Shown piece after piece: positions 39,201-52,500 of a stretch of DNA of 64,000 bases (position 1 is the first letter of the stretch; every line of letters begins with the position of its first letter). Origin of the DNA: Eledone cirrhosa (lineage: Eukaryota); contig OZ024742.1 in the NCBI GenBank assembly GCA_964016885.1, forward strand, positions 318,184,001 through 318,248,000. Reading direction: 5' to 3'. Under the pieces are notes generated by a model. The model saw only the letters and a list, made by a program, of their open reading frames with translations. It was not told the DNA's origin and ran no database searches. The translations under genes and the position numbers were made by a program.

Positions 39201-42200
39201 CCAGGGTAGTGACTACTATCTTTAACCCAGGATAGTGACTACTATCTTTAACCCAGGTGGTGACTACTATCTTTAACCCAGGGTAGTGACTACTATCTTT
39301 AACCCAGGGTAGAGACTACTATCTTCAACCCAGGGTAGTGACTACTATCTTTAACCCAGGTAGTGACTACTATCTTTAACCCAGGGTAGTGACTACTATC
39401 TTTAACCCAGGGTAGTGACTACTATCTTTAACCCAGGGGAGTAACTACTATCTTTAACCCAGGTAGTGACTACTATCTTTAACCCAGGGTAGTGACTACT
39501 ATCTTTAACCCAGGGTAGTGACTACTATCTTTAACCCAGGGTAGTGACTACTATCTTTAACCCAGGGTAGTGACTACTATCTTTAACCCAGGGGAGTAAC
39601 TACTATCTTTAACCCAGGTAGTGACTACTATCTTTAACACAGGGTAGTGACTACTATCTTTAACCCAGGTAGTGACTTCTATCTTTAACCCAGGGTAGTG
39701 ACTACTATCTTTAACACAGGTAGTGACTACTATCTATAACCCAGGTAGTGACTACTATCTTCAACCCAGGGTAGTGACTACTATCTTTAACCCAGGTAGT
39801 GACTACTATCTTTAACCCAGGGTAGTGACTACTATCTTTAACCCAGGGTAGAGACTACTATCTTCAACCCAGAGTAGTGACTACTATCTTTAACCCAGGT
39901 AGTGACTACTATCTTTAACCCAGGGTAGTGACTACTATCTTTAACCCAGGTAGTGACTACTATCTTTAACCCAGGTAGTGACTACTATCTTTAACCCAGG
40001 GTAGTGACTACTATCTTTAACCCAGGTAGTGACTACTATCTTTAACACAGGTAGTGACTACTATCTTTAACCCAGGGTAGTGACTACTATCTTTAACCCA
40101 GGGTAGTGACTAATATCTTTAACCCAGGGTAGTTACTACTATCTTTAACCCAGAGTAGTGACTACTATCTTTAACCCAGGGTAGTGACTACTATCTTTAA
40201 CCCAGGTAGTGACTACTATCTTTAACCCAGGTAGTGACTACTATCTTTAACCCAGGGTAGTGACTACTACCTTTAACCCAGGGTAGTGACTACTATCTTT
40301 AACCCAGGGTAGTGACTACTATCTTTTACCCAGGGTAGTGACTACTATCTTTAACCCAGGGTAGTGACTACTACCTTTAACCCAGGGTAGTGACTACTAT
40401 CTTTAACCCAGTGTAGTGACTACTATCTTTAACCCAGATAGTGACTACTATCTTTAACCCAGGGTAGTGACTACTACCTTTAACCCAGGGTAGTGACTAC
40501 TATCTTTAACCCAGTGTAGTGACTACTATCTTTAACCCAGATAGTGACTACTATCTTTAACCCAGGGTAGTGACTACTATCTTTAACCCAGGTAGTGACT
40601 ACTATCTTTAACCCAGGGTAGTGACTACTATCTTTAACCCAGGTAGTGACTACTATCTTTAACCCAGGTAGTGACTACTATCTTTAACCCAGGGTAGTGA
40701 CTACTATCTTTAACCCAGGTAGTGACTACTATCTTTAACACAGGTAGTGACTACTATCTTTAACCCAGGGTAGTGACTACTATCTTTAACCCAGGGTAGT
40801 GACTAATATCTTTAACCCAGGGTAGTTACTACTATCTTTAACCCAGAGTAGTGACTACTATCTTTAACCCAGGGTAGTGACTACTATCTTTAACCCAGGT
40901 AGTGACTACTATCTTTAACCCAGGTAGTGACTACTATCTTTAACCCAGGGTAGTGACTACTACCTTTAACCCAGGGTAGTGACTACTATCTTTAACCCAG
41001 GGTAGTGACTACTATCTTTAACCCAGGGTAGTGACTACTATCTTTAACCCAGGGTAGTGACTACTACCTTTAACCCAGGGTAGTGACTACTATCTTTAAC
41101 CCAGTGTAGTGACTACTATCTTTAACCCAGATAGTGACTACTATCTTTAACCCAGGGTAGTGACTACTACCTTTAACCCAGGGTAGTGACTACTATCTTT
41201 AACCCAGTGTAGTGACTACTATCTTTAACCCAGATAGTGACTACTATCTTTAACCCAGGGTAGTGACTACTATCTTTAACCCAGGTTGTGACTACTATCT
41301 ATAACCCAGGTAGTGACTACTATCTTTAACCCAGGTAGTGACTACTATCTTTAACCCAGGGTAGTGACTACTATCTTTAACCCAGGATAGTGACTACTAT
41401 CTATAACCCAGGGTAGTGACTACTGTCTTTAACCCAGGGTAGTGACTACTATCTTTAACACAGGGTAGTGACTACTATCTTTAACCCAGGGTAGTGACTA
41501 CTATCTTTAACCTAGGTAGTGACTTCTATCTTTAACCCAGGTAGCGACTACTATCTTTAACCCAGGGTAGTGACTACTATCTTTAACCCAGGGTAGTGAC
41601 TACTATCTTTAACCCAGGGTAGTGACTACTATCTTTAACCCAGATAGTGACTACTATCTTTAACCCTGGGTAGTGACTACTATCTTTAACCCAGGGTAGT
41701 GACTACTATCTTTAACCCAGGGTAGTGACTACTATCTTTAACCCAGGTAGTGACTACTATCTTTAACCCAGGTAGTGACTACTATCTTTAACCCAGGGTA
41801 GTGACTACTATCTTTAACCCAGATAGTGACTACTATCTTTAACCCTGGGTAGTGACTACTATCTTTAACCCATGGTAGTGACTACTATCTTTAACCCAGG
41901 GTAGTGACTACTATCTTTAACCCAGGTAGTGACTACTATCTTTAACCCAGGTAGTGACTACTATCTTTAACCCAGGGTAGTGACTACTATCTTTAACCCA
42001 GGTAGTGACTAATATCTTTAACCCAGGGTAGTGACTACTATCTTTAACCCAGTGTAGTGACTACTATCTTTAACCCAGGATAGTGACTACTATTTTTAAC
42101 CCAGGGTAGTGACTACTACCTTTAACCCAGGGTAGCGACTACTATCTTTAACCCAGGGTAGTGACTACTATCTTTAACCCAGCGTAGTGACTACTATCTT

Positions 42201-44812
42201 TAACCCAGGGTAGTGACTACTATCTTTAACCCAGGGTAGTGACTACTATCTTTAACCCAGATAGTGACTACTATCTTTAACCCTGGGTAGTGACTACTAT
42301 CTTTAACCCATGGTAGTGACTACTATCTTTAACCCAGGGTAGTGACTACTATCTTTAACCCAGGTCGTGACTACTATCTTTAACCCAGGTAGTGACTACT
42401 ATCTTTAACCCAGGGTAGTGACTACTCTCTTTAACCCAGGTAGTGACTAATATCTTTAACCCTGTGTAGTGACTACTATCTTTAACCCATGGTAGTGACT
42501 ACTATCTTTAACCCAGGGTAGAGACTACTATCTTTAACCCAGATAGTGACTACTATCTTTAACCCAGGGTAGTGACTACTATCTTTAACCCAGGTTGTGA
42601 CTACTATCTATAACCCAGGTAGTGACTACTATCTTTAACCCAGGTAGTGACTACTATCTTTAAGCCAGGGTAGTGACTACTATCTTTAACCCAGGGTAGA
42701 GATTACTATCTTCAACCCAGGGTAGTGACTACTATCTTTAACCCAGGTAGTGACTACTATCTTTAACTCAGGGTAGTGACTACTATCTTTAACCCAGGTA
42801 GTGACTACTATCTTTAACCCAGGTAGTGACTACTATCTTTAACCCAGGGTAGTGACTACTATCTTTAACCCAGGTAGTGACTACTATCTTTAACCCAGGT
42901 AGTGACTACTATCTTTAACCCAGGGTAGTGACTACTATCTTTAACCCAGGGTAGTGACTACTATCTTTAACCCAGGTAGTGACTACTATCTTTAACCCAG
43001 GATAGTGACTACTGTCTTTAACCCAGGGTAGTGACTACTATCTTTAACCCACGTAGAGACTACTATCTTTAACCCAGGTAGTGACTACTATCTTTAACCC
43101 AGGGTAGTGACTACTATCTTTAACCCAGAGTAGTGACTACTATCTTTAACCCAGGTAGTGACTACTATCTTTAACCCAGGGTAGTGACTACTATCTTTAA
43201 CCCAGGGTAGTGACTACTATCTTTAACCCAGTGTAGTGACTACTATCTTTAACCCAGGTAGTGACTACTATCTTTAACCCAGGGTAGTGACTACTATCTT
43301 TAACCCAGGATAGTGACTACTATCTTTAACCCAGGTAGTGACTACTATCTTTAACCCAGGGTAGGGACTACTATCTTTAACCCAGGGTAGTGACTACTAC
43401 CTTTAACCCAGGGTAGTGACTACTATCTTTAAACCAGGGTAGTGACTACTACCTTTAACCCAGGGTAGCGACTACTATCTTTAACCCAGGGTAGTGACTA
43501 CTATCTTTAACCCAGGGTAGAGACTACTATCTTTAACCCAGATAGTGATTACTATCTTTAATTCAGGGTAGTGACTACTATCTTTAACCCAGGTTGTGAC
43601 TACTATCTATAACCCAGGTAGTGACTACTATCTTTAACCCAGGTAGTGACTACTATCTTTAACCCAGGGTAGTGACTACTATCTTTAACCCAGGATAGTG
43701 ACTACTATCTATAACCCAGGGTAGTGACTACTATCTTTAACCCAGGGTAGTGACTACTATCTTTAACACAGGGTAGTGACTACTATCTTTAACCCAGGGT
43801 AGTGACTACTATCTTTAACCCAGGTAGTGACTTCTATCTTTAACCCAGGTAGCGACTACTATCTTTAACCCAGGGTAGTGACTACTATCTTTAACCCAGG
43901 GTAGTGACTACTATCTTTAACCCAGGGTAGTGACTACTATCTTTAACCCAGATAGTGACTACTATCTTTAACCCTGGGTAGTGACTACTATCTTTAACCC
44001 AGGGTAGTGACTACTATCTTTAACCCAGGGTAGTGACTACTATCTTTAACCCAGGTAGTGACTACTATCTTTAACCCAGGGTAGTGACTACTATCTTTAA
44101 CCCAGGGTAGTGACTACTATCTTTAACCCAGGGGAGTAACTACTATCTTTAACCCAGGTAGTGACTACTATCTTTAACCCAAGGTAGTGACTACTATCTT
44201 TAACCCAGGGTAGTGACTACTATCTTTAACCCAGGGTAGTGACTACTATCTTTAACCCAGGGTAGTGACTACTATCTTTAACCCAGGGGAGTAACTACTA
44301 TCTTTAACCCAGGTAGTGACTACTATCTTTAACACAGGGTAGTGACTACTATCTTTAACCCAGGTAGTGACTTCTATCTTTAACCCAGGTAGTGACTACT
44401 ATCTTTAACCCAGGTAGTGACTACTATCTATAACCCAGGTAGTGACTACTATCTTCAACCCAGGGTAGTGACTACTATCTTTAACCCAGGTAGTGACTAC
44501 TATCTTTAACCCAGGGTAGTGACTACTATCTTTAACCCAGGGTAGAGACTACTATCTTCAACCCAGGGTAGTGACTACTATCTTTAACCCAGGTAGTGAC
44601 TACTATCTTTAACCCAGGGTAGTGACTACTATCTTTAACCCAGGTAGTGACTACTATCTTTAACCCAGGTAGTGACTACTATCTTTAACCCAGGTAGTGA
44701 CTACTATCTTTAACCCAGGTAGTGACTACTATCTTTAACACAGGTAGTGACTACTATCTTTAACCCAGGGTAGTGACTACTATCTTTAACCCAGGGTAGT
44801 GACTAATATCTT
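9215..44812. repeat. Satellite array 1: 25/26-bp monomer CTTTAACCCAGG(G)TAGTGACTACTAT, ~35.6 kb, roughly 1,400 copies
   Basis: Uninterrupted head-to-tail monomers in one orientation. GG and GGG forms are mixed irregularly, and point variants recur in shared blocks. Confidence 0.99.
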
Positions 44813-45510
44813 CTAATTTATTCTGTTTCTTGCTATGCTGTTCTAGTATCATTTTGGTCAGTAGCATTTGACGGTAAATCCGATCGTTTGGTAAAAGAAA
44901 ATGTCGTAGGGTAAATGCATCGGATTTGTCAAAAGACTTATTGTATGGGTCATAGAAGGTGGAATTCCAGTGTGTATTGTTTACTATGTTGTTATCAATT
45001 GTGTTGTTGTCCACCAACTGATTCATGGTTACTTCAATGTCACTCATTCTTTCACCTGTCCCTTCCCCCTGTGTCACTGTTATTTTCTATTCTATTTTGT
45101 GTGTCTGTCTGTTCTTCCTGTTCTTGTCATTGTTTTCTCTAAATCTCTCATTGTTATTACTGTCCCCTACCTCCGTGTCACTATCGTTTTCTGTGTCTAA
45201 GTGTCTTTTGTTGTTGTGATGTATATTGTGGTGGGAAGCATAATATGTGTTGTGGTATGTGTGTTGTTGTTTGTGTTTTGTGTGTGGGTTGCCATTCTTG
45301 TTTTATGTTCTTGTGTATGTGTGTGTGTTGTTGTGTATGTATGAGTGTTGTTGTTATAATTGTACATGTTGTGGGTGTAAATGTTGTTGTTGTTCTTTAG
45401 TCTCCATTTATTTTGTAAATATTTGTTCTATCTTAGATAAGCATTCAATCATATTTACCGGACTATATGTGGCATATGTATGTGGTAACTGAAGGATGGA
45501 CAAATTCAAA
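44813..45510 (-). pseudogene. Decayed N-terminal fragment of a PLE related to the one at 1-1300
   Basis: Minus strand with frameshifts gives TFYDPYNKSFD / CIYPTTFSFTKRSDLP / SIARNRI, versus LFFNPADKTYK-GNIYPTRLPFNKRVFIP-TIARNKI at 1015-875. Both are preceded by an (AAC)-rich linker. Confidence 0.62.
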
Positions 45511-45596
45511 AACAAAGTATATATATTTATATAAATACGTATATATATATATATATATAAATACATATTGGTGAACCTACAGTAACTTCACATAAC

Positions 45597-45777
45597 TGTT
45601 TCTACTTTAGGCACAAGGCCAGCAATTACCCAGTGCATTACTGGTACTTTATTTTATCGACCACGTAAGGATGAAAGGCAAAGTCAACCTCGGCGGGATT
45701 TGAACTCAGATCGTAAAGGGACGTAACTATGCTGGAAAGCATGGCGTCCGACCCTCTACCGATACTGCCAATCCACC
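45597..45777 (-). mobile_element. tRNA-derived SINE with a 15-bp TSD
   Basis: Full-length copy flanked by GTAACTTCACATAAC (45582-45596) and GTAACTTCATATAAC (45778-45792). Confidence 0.92.
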
Positions 45778-45825
45778 GTAACTTCATATAACACACATTG
45801 GATACACACACACGCACACACACTA

Positions 45826-46172
<347 letters not shown>

Positions 46173-47018
46173 TAAGTTAAAACAATGAAATGACAAATCA
46201 AGTCATTAGAGATATAATTCACTGCTTTACGATCGTTTCTAGATGGCGATAATACATTGTATGTATACTCAGTTATTGATCTATGTAAGTTTACAAACTA
46301 TCAGAAGAGAGAATATTTACTTACATGCATATCACCAGCTGTTTTCAAAAGCAATAATAATTTTATTCAATAATAATTTTACTCAGAATTAGTAGAATGT
46401 TAGTATCATGTCCTTATTTGGAGTTTGTTGAAGAACTAACCAATAAAATTGTTTTTTTCATATGGTGTTAAAATGAAAAGTAATACACTTTAGTTGAGGT
46501 CATGACCCTTTGAAAGGAATGGTTGAAGGGTGTTAGTAGAGTTGCCATAAAAATCTATTAGGAAGGAATGGGATTGTCAAACTGATAGTTGAATGTATCT
46601 GGTATAGTGAAAAAATAAATGGTGATTAGTGTTGTTTGAGTTTTAAGGTGAATATAAATTAATGTTATGTCTAGGAAAGATAGTATATTAAAAGATGAAA
46701 ATTATAATAAGATAATGAGATATAGTAATGCGATAATATACAACTTAATCAATACGGTGTGGTAAATTGCACTTATAAACCTGATTAAATACTATAAACC
46801 TAATTAAATATTCTAAATAGCAACTCACTATAATTCCGTATACAGTGACATTTATTAGTACCTCTTTCTCCTAATTATAAGATGTCATGCTTATTTTTGC
46901 CTTTTAATGTTTTAGCTTCCTTAGGTTTAAGCGTTAATGACTAAAGGCAACAAGATACACAACCACCCGTAATTGCATGAGTAAAAATATATATCTAAGT
47001 ATGATATGGAAATATATT

Positions 47019-47410
<392 letters not shown>

Positions 47411-47771
47411 GGTATAGACGTGTACGTGTTGATATAGATATGTATGGATGTGTATATATATGATGATATGCATGCGTGTGGATGTGTATTTAGGTTTGCA
47501 TCTATTTGTACGTATGTATATTTTTGGTTAGATATCAATATAACTGTACCTCTCTATCTCTGGGATGGACACACGCGTATAACTTGCTGAGTAAGTTCTG
47601 TTTAAATTTCTATAGAAATTCTTGTCTGATAACTTTAATTTTTGTACCATTTTGTAGAGGGACTGCCAGGTCAAACTTTGATCTGGTCAGTCTCTCAAAA
47701 TATTCTACGCCTTTAGGCGAAATAGTTAAAAAAAAAAGTTTTTTCTTGTTGAAAAGTCAATATTTTTTTAA

Positions 47772-49559
47772 ATGGCCGAAGCTTCTTCACCAAAATTCGA
47801 AGGAGGAAAGGGGAAGATGAACTTACAGCTTCCCCCTGCCACTGTCACAGTAGCAGAGGTCAAGAAGATAGGTCAGCCAGAGGAAGAATTCTCTCCACCT
47901 GTTAACCGACAACTTGACGTTGCCATGGCAACAACCCAAAGAACCAGCAGCAACAGCAACAACAACAACAATGCGACGGACGAAAACAACACCAATAACA
48001 ATAACAATAACAACAACAAGACCAATAACGGTGACAACAACAACAATGATAACAACAACACCACCAACGACAACAACAACACAAACAAACAAAATTTCTC
48101 CTTCGCCGAGACGACAAGGAAAACCCTCGACTATCTGCCAGTAGATATAACAAAAGCGAAGGAGCTACTGGCGGATGCGAAAAAATATATAGTGTACGGG
48201 GAAAATGGTTCATTCACAATCCATTCCCCCCCGGAACTAAAAAGCCAGAGACTCCTAAACACGGTCATGTTTAGGACAATCTCGAACAAAAGTAAAAAAC
48301 CAGCTCAACCATCACAGAGCGAGATAGAGCTGGTTTTAAAAGACGTCATGAAGGACATCACCTTCATTCAGAAGGATAGACTCTACGGGAGTCTATCCAT
48401 TCTCATGAAGGACAGGGACACAGCAGTGAAACTGTCCATCAAACCAATCACATCCACCGCATACACCTTCTACCCTACGTACATGGGTAGAAGAACACAA
48501 AAAATAAAAATCCACACCATCCTGCCGATTATGGACATATGGTGGGTTTTGAGAGGTTTTCTGGACCTGGAGGATGACATGCTGGTGTCCATGGGAAAGG
48601 CATCGGGTGACGCGTTCAGTGGAACGAGCCTCGAACTTGTAGTTCAAATGAGGCCCGAAAGGATCGCCCAGATCCCTGAACGCGTCATACTGGATGATCT
48701 AACCTTCATCAACATTACCGTTGAGGGTAGACGGCCCTCGTGTTACCGCTGCGGAACCAGAGGTCACCTGAGGGCTGTCTGTCCCCAACTTAATAAGAAA
48801 ACCCCAATCCTGCCTACACCACCAACAACTGCACAACCAACACAATCACCACAACTACCACTACAAAAACAACCACCACAGCTCAAACCAAAACAAAACA
48901 ATGTCCAACCCATCCCCTCCACTCAAAAAACAAAAACAATTTCCAAAACACCCGTACCGCAAACACAACCCGAAAATATACCCCTCCCTTCCAACGCGGA
49001 AGATGACCCTAGTTCGTCGTCAGACGAGGAGGAGCACTTCCACACAATCAAAAGAAAAAAAAGAAAACACACCTCAGACACACAAATGAAAAAAAACCCT
49101 CCCCAAAACATAACACTGACACCAACACAAAAGAGCTCACAACAGCAAACAAAAAACACCACACAAAAACAAAAACATGCATACACATACATAAATACAA
49201 GAAACAAAAAACTGTTAAACATTGTGTACAACAACAATCTAATAAAAACACAAGGGCCTAACTTCACCCAGGCAGGGGATTTCCCCCACCTCAAAATGAT
49301 TAAGGCCCCACAGGACACCTATAAAACTTTAAAAAACAATTTTAAAGAGGACGTGGGTCCCCCCTGCGTCGGGCCCATTAACCGCGTCCTCCTAAAAAAC
49401 TATCCCACCCCCTCCCCAAACACCCACACAACTCCAAGCTCCCCAACCACACAACACACTGATGCCCCCACACTTCCACAAACCACCACCCCACCCAACA
49501 ACCCATCCCCCACCCTAATGGAAATTGTGCAGCCCGATACCCGGGACGCAGAGAGGTAA
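47772..49559 (+). CDS. LINE ORF1 (gag-like nucleic-acid-binding protein)
   Basis: 595 aa. Single zinc knuckle CYRCGTRGHLRAVC preceded by ITVEGRRPS, an Asn-rich N-terminal tract, a P/Q/T-rich C-terminus and a basic KRKKRK motif. Confidence 0.9.
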   Translation: MAEASSPKFEGGKGKMNLQLPPATVTVAEVKKIGQPEEEFSPPVNRQLDVAMATTQRTSSNSNNNNNATDENNTNNNNNNNNKTNNGDNNNNDNNNTTNDNNNTNKQNFSFAETTRKTLDYLPVDITKAKELLADAKKYIVYGENGSFTIHSPPELKSQRLLNTVMFRTISNKSKKPAQPSQSEIELVLKDVMKDITFIQKDRLYGSLSILMKDRDTAVKLSIKPITSTAYTFYPTYMGRRTQKIKIHTILPIMDIWWVLRGFLDLEDDMLVSMGKASGDAFSGTSLELVVQMRPERIAQIPERVILDDLTFINITVEGRRPSCYRCGTRGHLRAVCPQLNKKTPILPTPPTTAQPTQSPQLPLQKQPPQLKPKQNNVQPIPSTQKTKTISKTPVPQTQPENIPLPSNAEDDPSSSSDEEEHFHTIKRKKRKHTSDTQMKKNPPQNITLTPTQKSSQQQTKNTTQKQKHAYTYINTRNKKLLNIVYNNNLIKTQGPNFTQAGDFPHLKMIKAPQDTYKTLKNNFKEDVGPPCVGPINRVLLKNYPTPSPNTHTTPSSPTTQHTDAPTLPQTTTPPNNPSPTLMEIVQPDTRDAER

Positions 49560-49583
49560 GTGCCTTTTCTCTTCACCACCAAC

Positions 49584-52500
49584 ATGGCTATGCTAAGAGT
49601 AGGCTGTTTAAATGCGCGTGGCCTGGGCTCAACTTGGAAGCAAGCAATGCTTCTAAATGACCTCAGGTCACAACGTATAGATGTGATGGTTATTTGCGAG
49701 GCCCGGATCAGCAACGTGCGACAGCTGGCCCCCACCTTTGATGACTTTGAGATGCACGCATCTCTCTGTCAGCCCGGAGGTGGGGGTGGAGTTGTCGTTC
49801 TGCTGCAAAAACATCTGGGTCTCGCAACACAGATGGTACATTTGGACCCGGAGGGTCGACTAGTGGTTCTGGACCTTGGCAGTGGTAAAGGTGGAGCGTT
49901 TAGGTTGGTAGCCGCCTACGGCCCTTTCGGGTCAATGCGGCCGGACTTCTTCCATCGTCTGGAGACTTTTCTGGGGACGTCCCGCTCCTTGCTATTAGTG
50001 GGGGACTGGAATGGTATCCTAGATGCACGCTGGGACTACGTAGGGGCCTGCCCCGATAGAGAGGGGTGTAATAGCCTCAAAGGGTTAATCGGTCGATTTG
50101 ACCTGGCCGATAGATATCGACTAGATTTTCCGACTGCGCCAACCTGGACTTGGGCAAATCGTAGCGGATCATCTAGGTCGTACCTAGATAGGTTCTTAGT
50201 TAGAATTAAGGATAAGGACTTTTTAAGTTGTCCAAAAATGCGCATGGTTGGCTATTCAGACCACAAATTAGTGACCTGCATGGTCAACCTTGACAGAACT
50301 CATAGACAGGGCCCCGGTTACTGGAAGCTCAACTTGTCCTTGCCGGCAAGTAGAGCCTACAGGAATCGGATTAGTACGTTAGTTAAGGAACGGTTGACTG
50401 GAGCGATCGTCAACAGCAGGTGGTGGGTATCTCTAAAGAGAGAGATTAGAGTAGTCTCGATAGAATTTAGTAAGGTTCTAGCTGCGGATAGGAATAGGAA
50501 GGAAAGGGAGCTAATAGATAGAGTAGAAGAGGCAATTAGAAGCGGCGACGTGGCCAGAGTGCTAGCGTCGAGAACGGCTTTGAGCCAGTTTTTCGACGCG
50601 AAGCACGAAGGCTGCGTTGTCCGAAGTAAAATACGTGCTCTAGGGAACGAGGGGACCAAAGCTGTTAGCTGGGCCCGCGTGACAGAGGCCAACAGTGGAA
50701 CTAAATCCACCATCCGGTCTTTGCGAGACCTGGATGGACGGGCGATTCTTGAGCCTAAGCAGATGTGTGAGGCCTTTCAAAGGCACTTTTCCCGACTGTT
50801 CGGGAGGGGCGGGGAGCCGGTTGGGAACGTGGACTTCGGTCCATACCTCGACGGCCTGCCGCGCCTCTCGGACAGGGAGGCGAAGTCCTGCGAGGAGCCG
50901 ATTTCGGCCGCTGAGATAGAGGACGTGCTGAGCCAATGCGGCAAACGCAAATCCCCGGGTCTCGATGGTCTTCCTTACGAATTATATCTAACTATACCGG
51001 ACTTGTTCCCCGATCTCCTCGAGGCGGTCTACTGCAACTGGCAACAGAACGGGAGAATTCCCTGTACTGTGACCAAGGGCGTAGTCACGCTAGTGAGGAA
51101 GGACGAGAACAAGGGGGACGAAATAAGTAACTTCAGGCCCATAACACTGCTAAATACAGAGTTACAGATTTTGGCCAAGGTGCTAGCAAAGAGGTTGGCG
51201 CTTGTCGTGGGCAACCTGGTGGGAGATGCGCAGACATGCGCTATCCCGTCCAGGTCCATCCATGACAACCTCCACCTCATGCGATACATCATAGAGAGGG
51301 TTGGGAACGAACCCGGCTTTGGTGGGGCTCTGATCAACTTGGATCAATCTAAGGCGTTCGATAGGGTCGACCATGGTTACCTGGATGCGGTGCTAGCGGC
51401 GGCAGGCTTCGGACCCGTTTTCAGGGGCTGGATCACTGCTATGCACAGCAGCCGCATCTGCTCTAGGGTCAAGGTGAACGGCTACCTCTCGGAGCCGTTC
51501 CAAATCGCGCGGTCCATCCGACAAGGGTGCCCTCTCTCCTCCCTTCTGTATGTGTTGACTCTCGAGCCACTACTGCGGAAGTTGGAGTTGTTGCAGGGCA
51601 TCCCCTTGGAACCGGGATTGCGGAAAGCGGTGTCGGCCTACGCCGATGACGTGACAGTAATGGTGTCGACGGCCTCCGAAATCGAGGCGGTCGGCACCTT
51701 ACTGGAGGAGTACGAAAGGTTCACAGGGGCTAAGCTGAACCGGGACAAGTCGATCGGTTTGCAACTCGGCACGTGGAGGGGCAGACCGATGCCCTCCGAT
51801 AGCGTCGTCGGACGCTGGACGGAGGGCCCGGTGAAGTTGCTCGGGGTCTGGTTCGGACCGGACCTCCAGGTGGAGAAAAACTGGGCGGAGGTTACGAACA
51901 GGGTGTTTGCACTGACCCAGAAGTGGGCCAGTTGCAAACTATCCCTGAAAGGTCGGGCGGAAGTGGCGAACACCTACATAGCGTCCGTCATCTACTACCG
52001 CCTGACCGTAGTGCCCTGCCCAAGGGAAACCCTCACCAAGATGGAGCGCGCGCTCTTCCAATTCCTTTGGAAGAGGCGGGCTCCTATGGTGAGGAGATCC
52101 ATCTGCTGTCAACACCCTTCGAAAGGAGGGCTGGGGATGCCGTGGCTAATGATGCGTAAACACGCATTAAGGCTACGGCACCTCTACGTATTCCTCACCG
52201 GACAACCGGTGTGGGCCTCGTTTGTGAGACGAACCTTTCCCAGACTCGTCTCACTCACCGAGCTGCAATCCTGGGTCAAGCAAAGACCGAGAAAACTGGG
52301 CGCCTGGCACACTGAGTGTGCCCAGGCGCTCACCGCCCTCTGGCAGGCGGATCCGGTTATCAGTGGAGACTCCACCGCAACATTCTATAGAGGGCTGGTA
52401 CGCAGCAGGTGCGACGACGCCCTCGGAGAAGCCCTAGACATGGAGGAGGACGAACTGGCCAGCCTGTTCGGTAGGAAATTCAGCCCAGGACCTATGGACA

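Noticed and set aside
9215-44812. CRISPR array interpretation of the 25/26-bp partly palindromic repeat
   Set aside because: Monomers are contiguous with no unique spacers, there are no cas genes, and the context is eukaryotic.
47585-47630. Degenerate hammerhead-like string CTGAGTA...GAAATTCTTGTC
   Set aside because: The core deviates from CTGANGA and the stems do not pair convincingly; at most a decayed pLTR relic.
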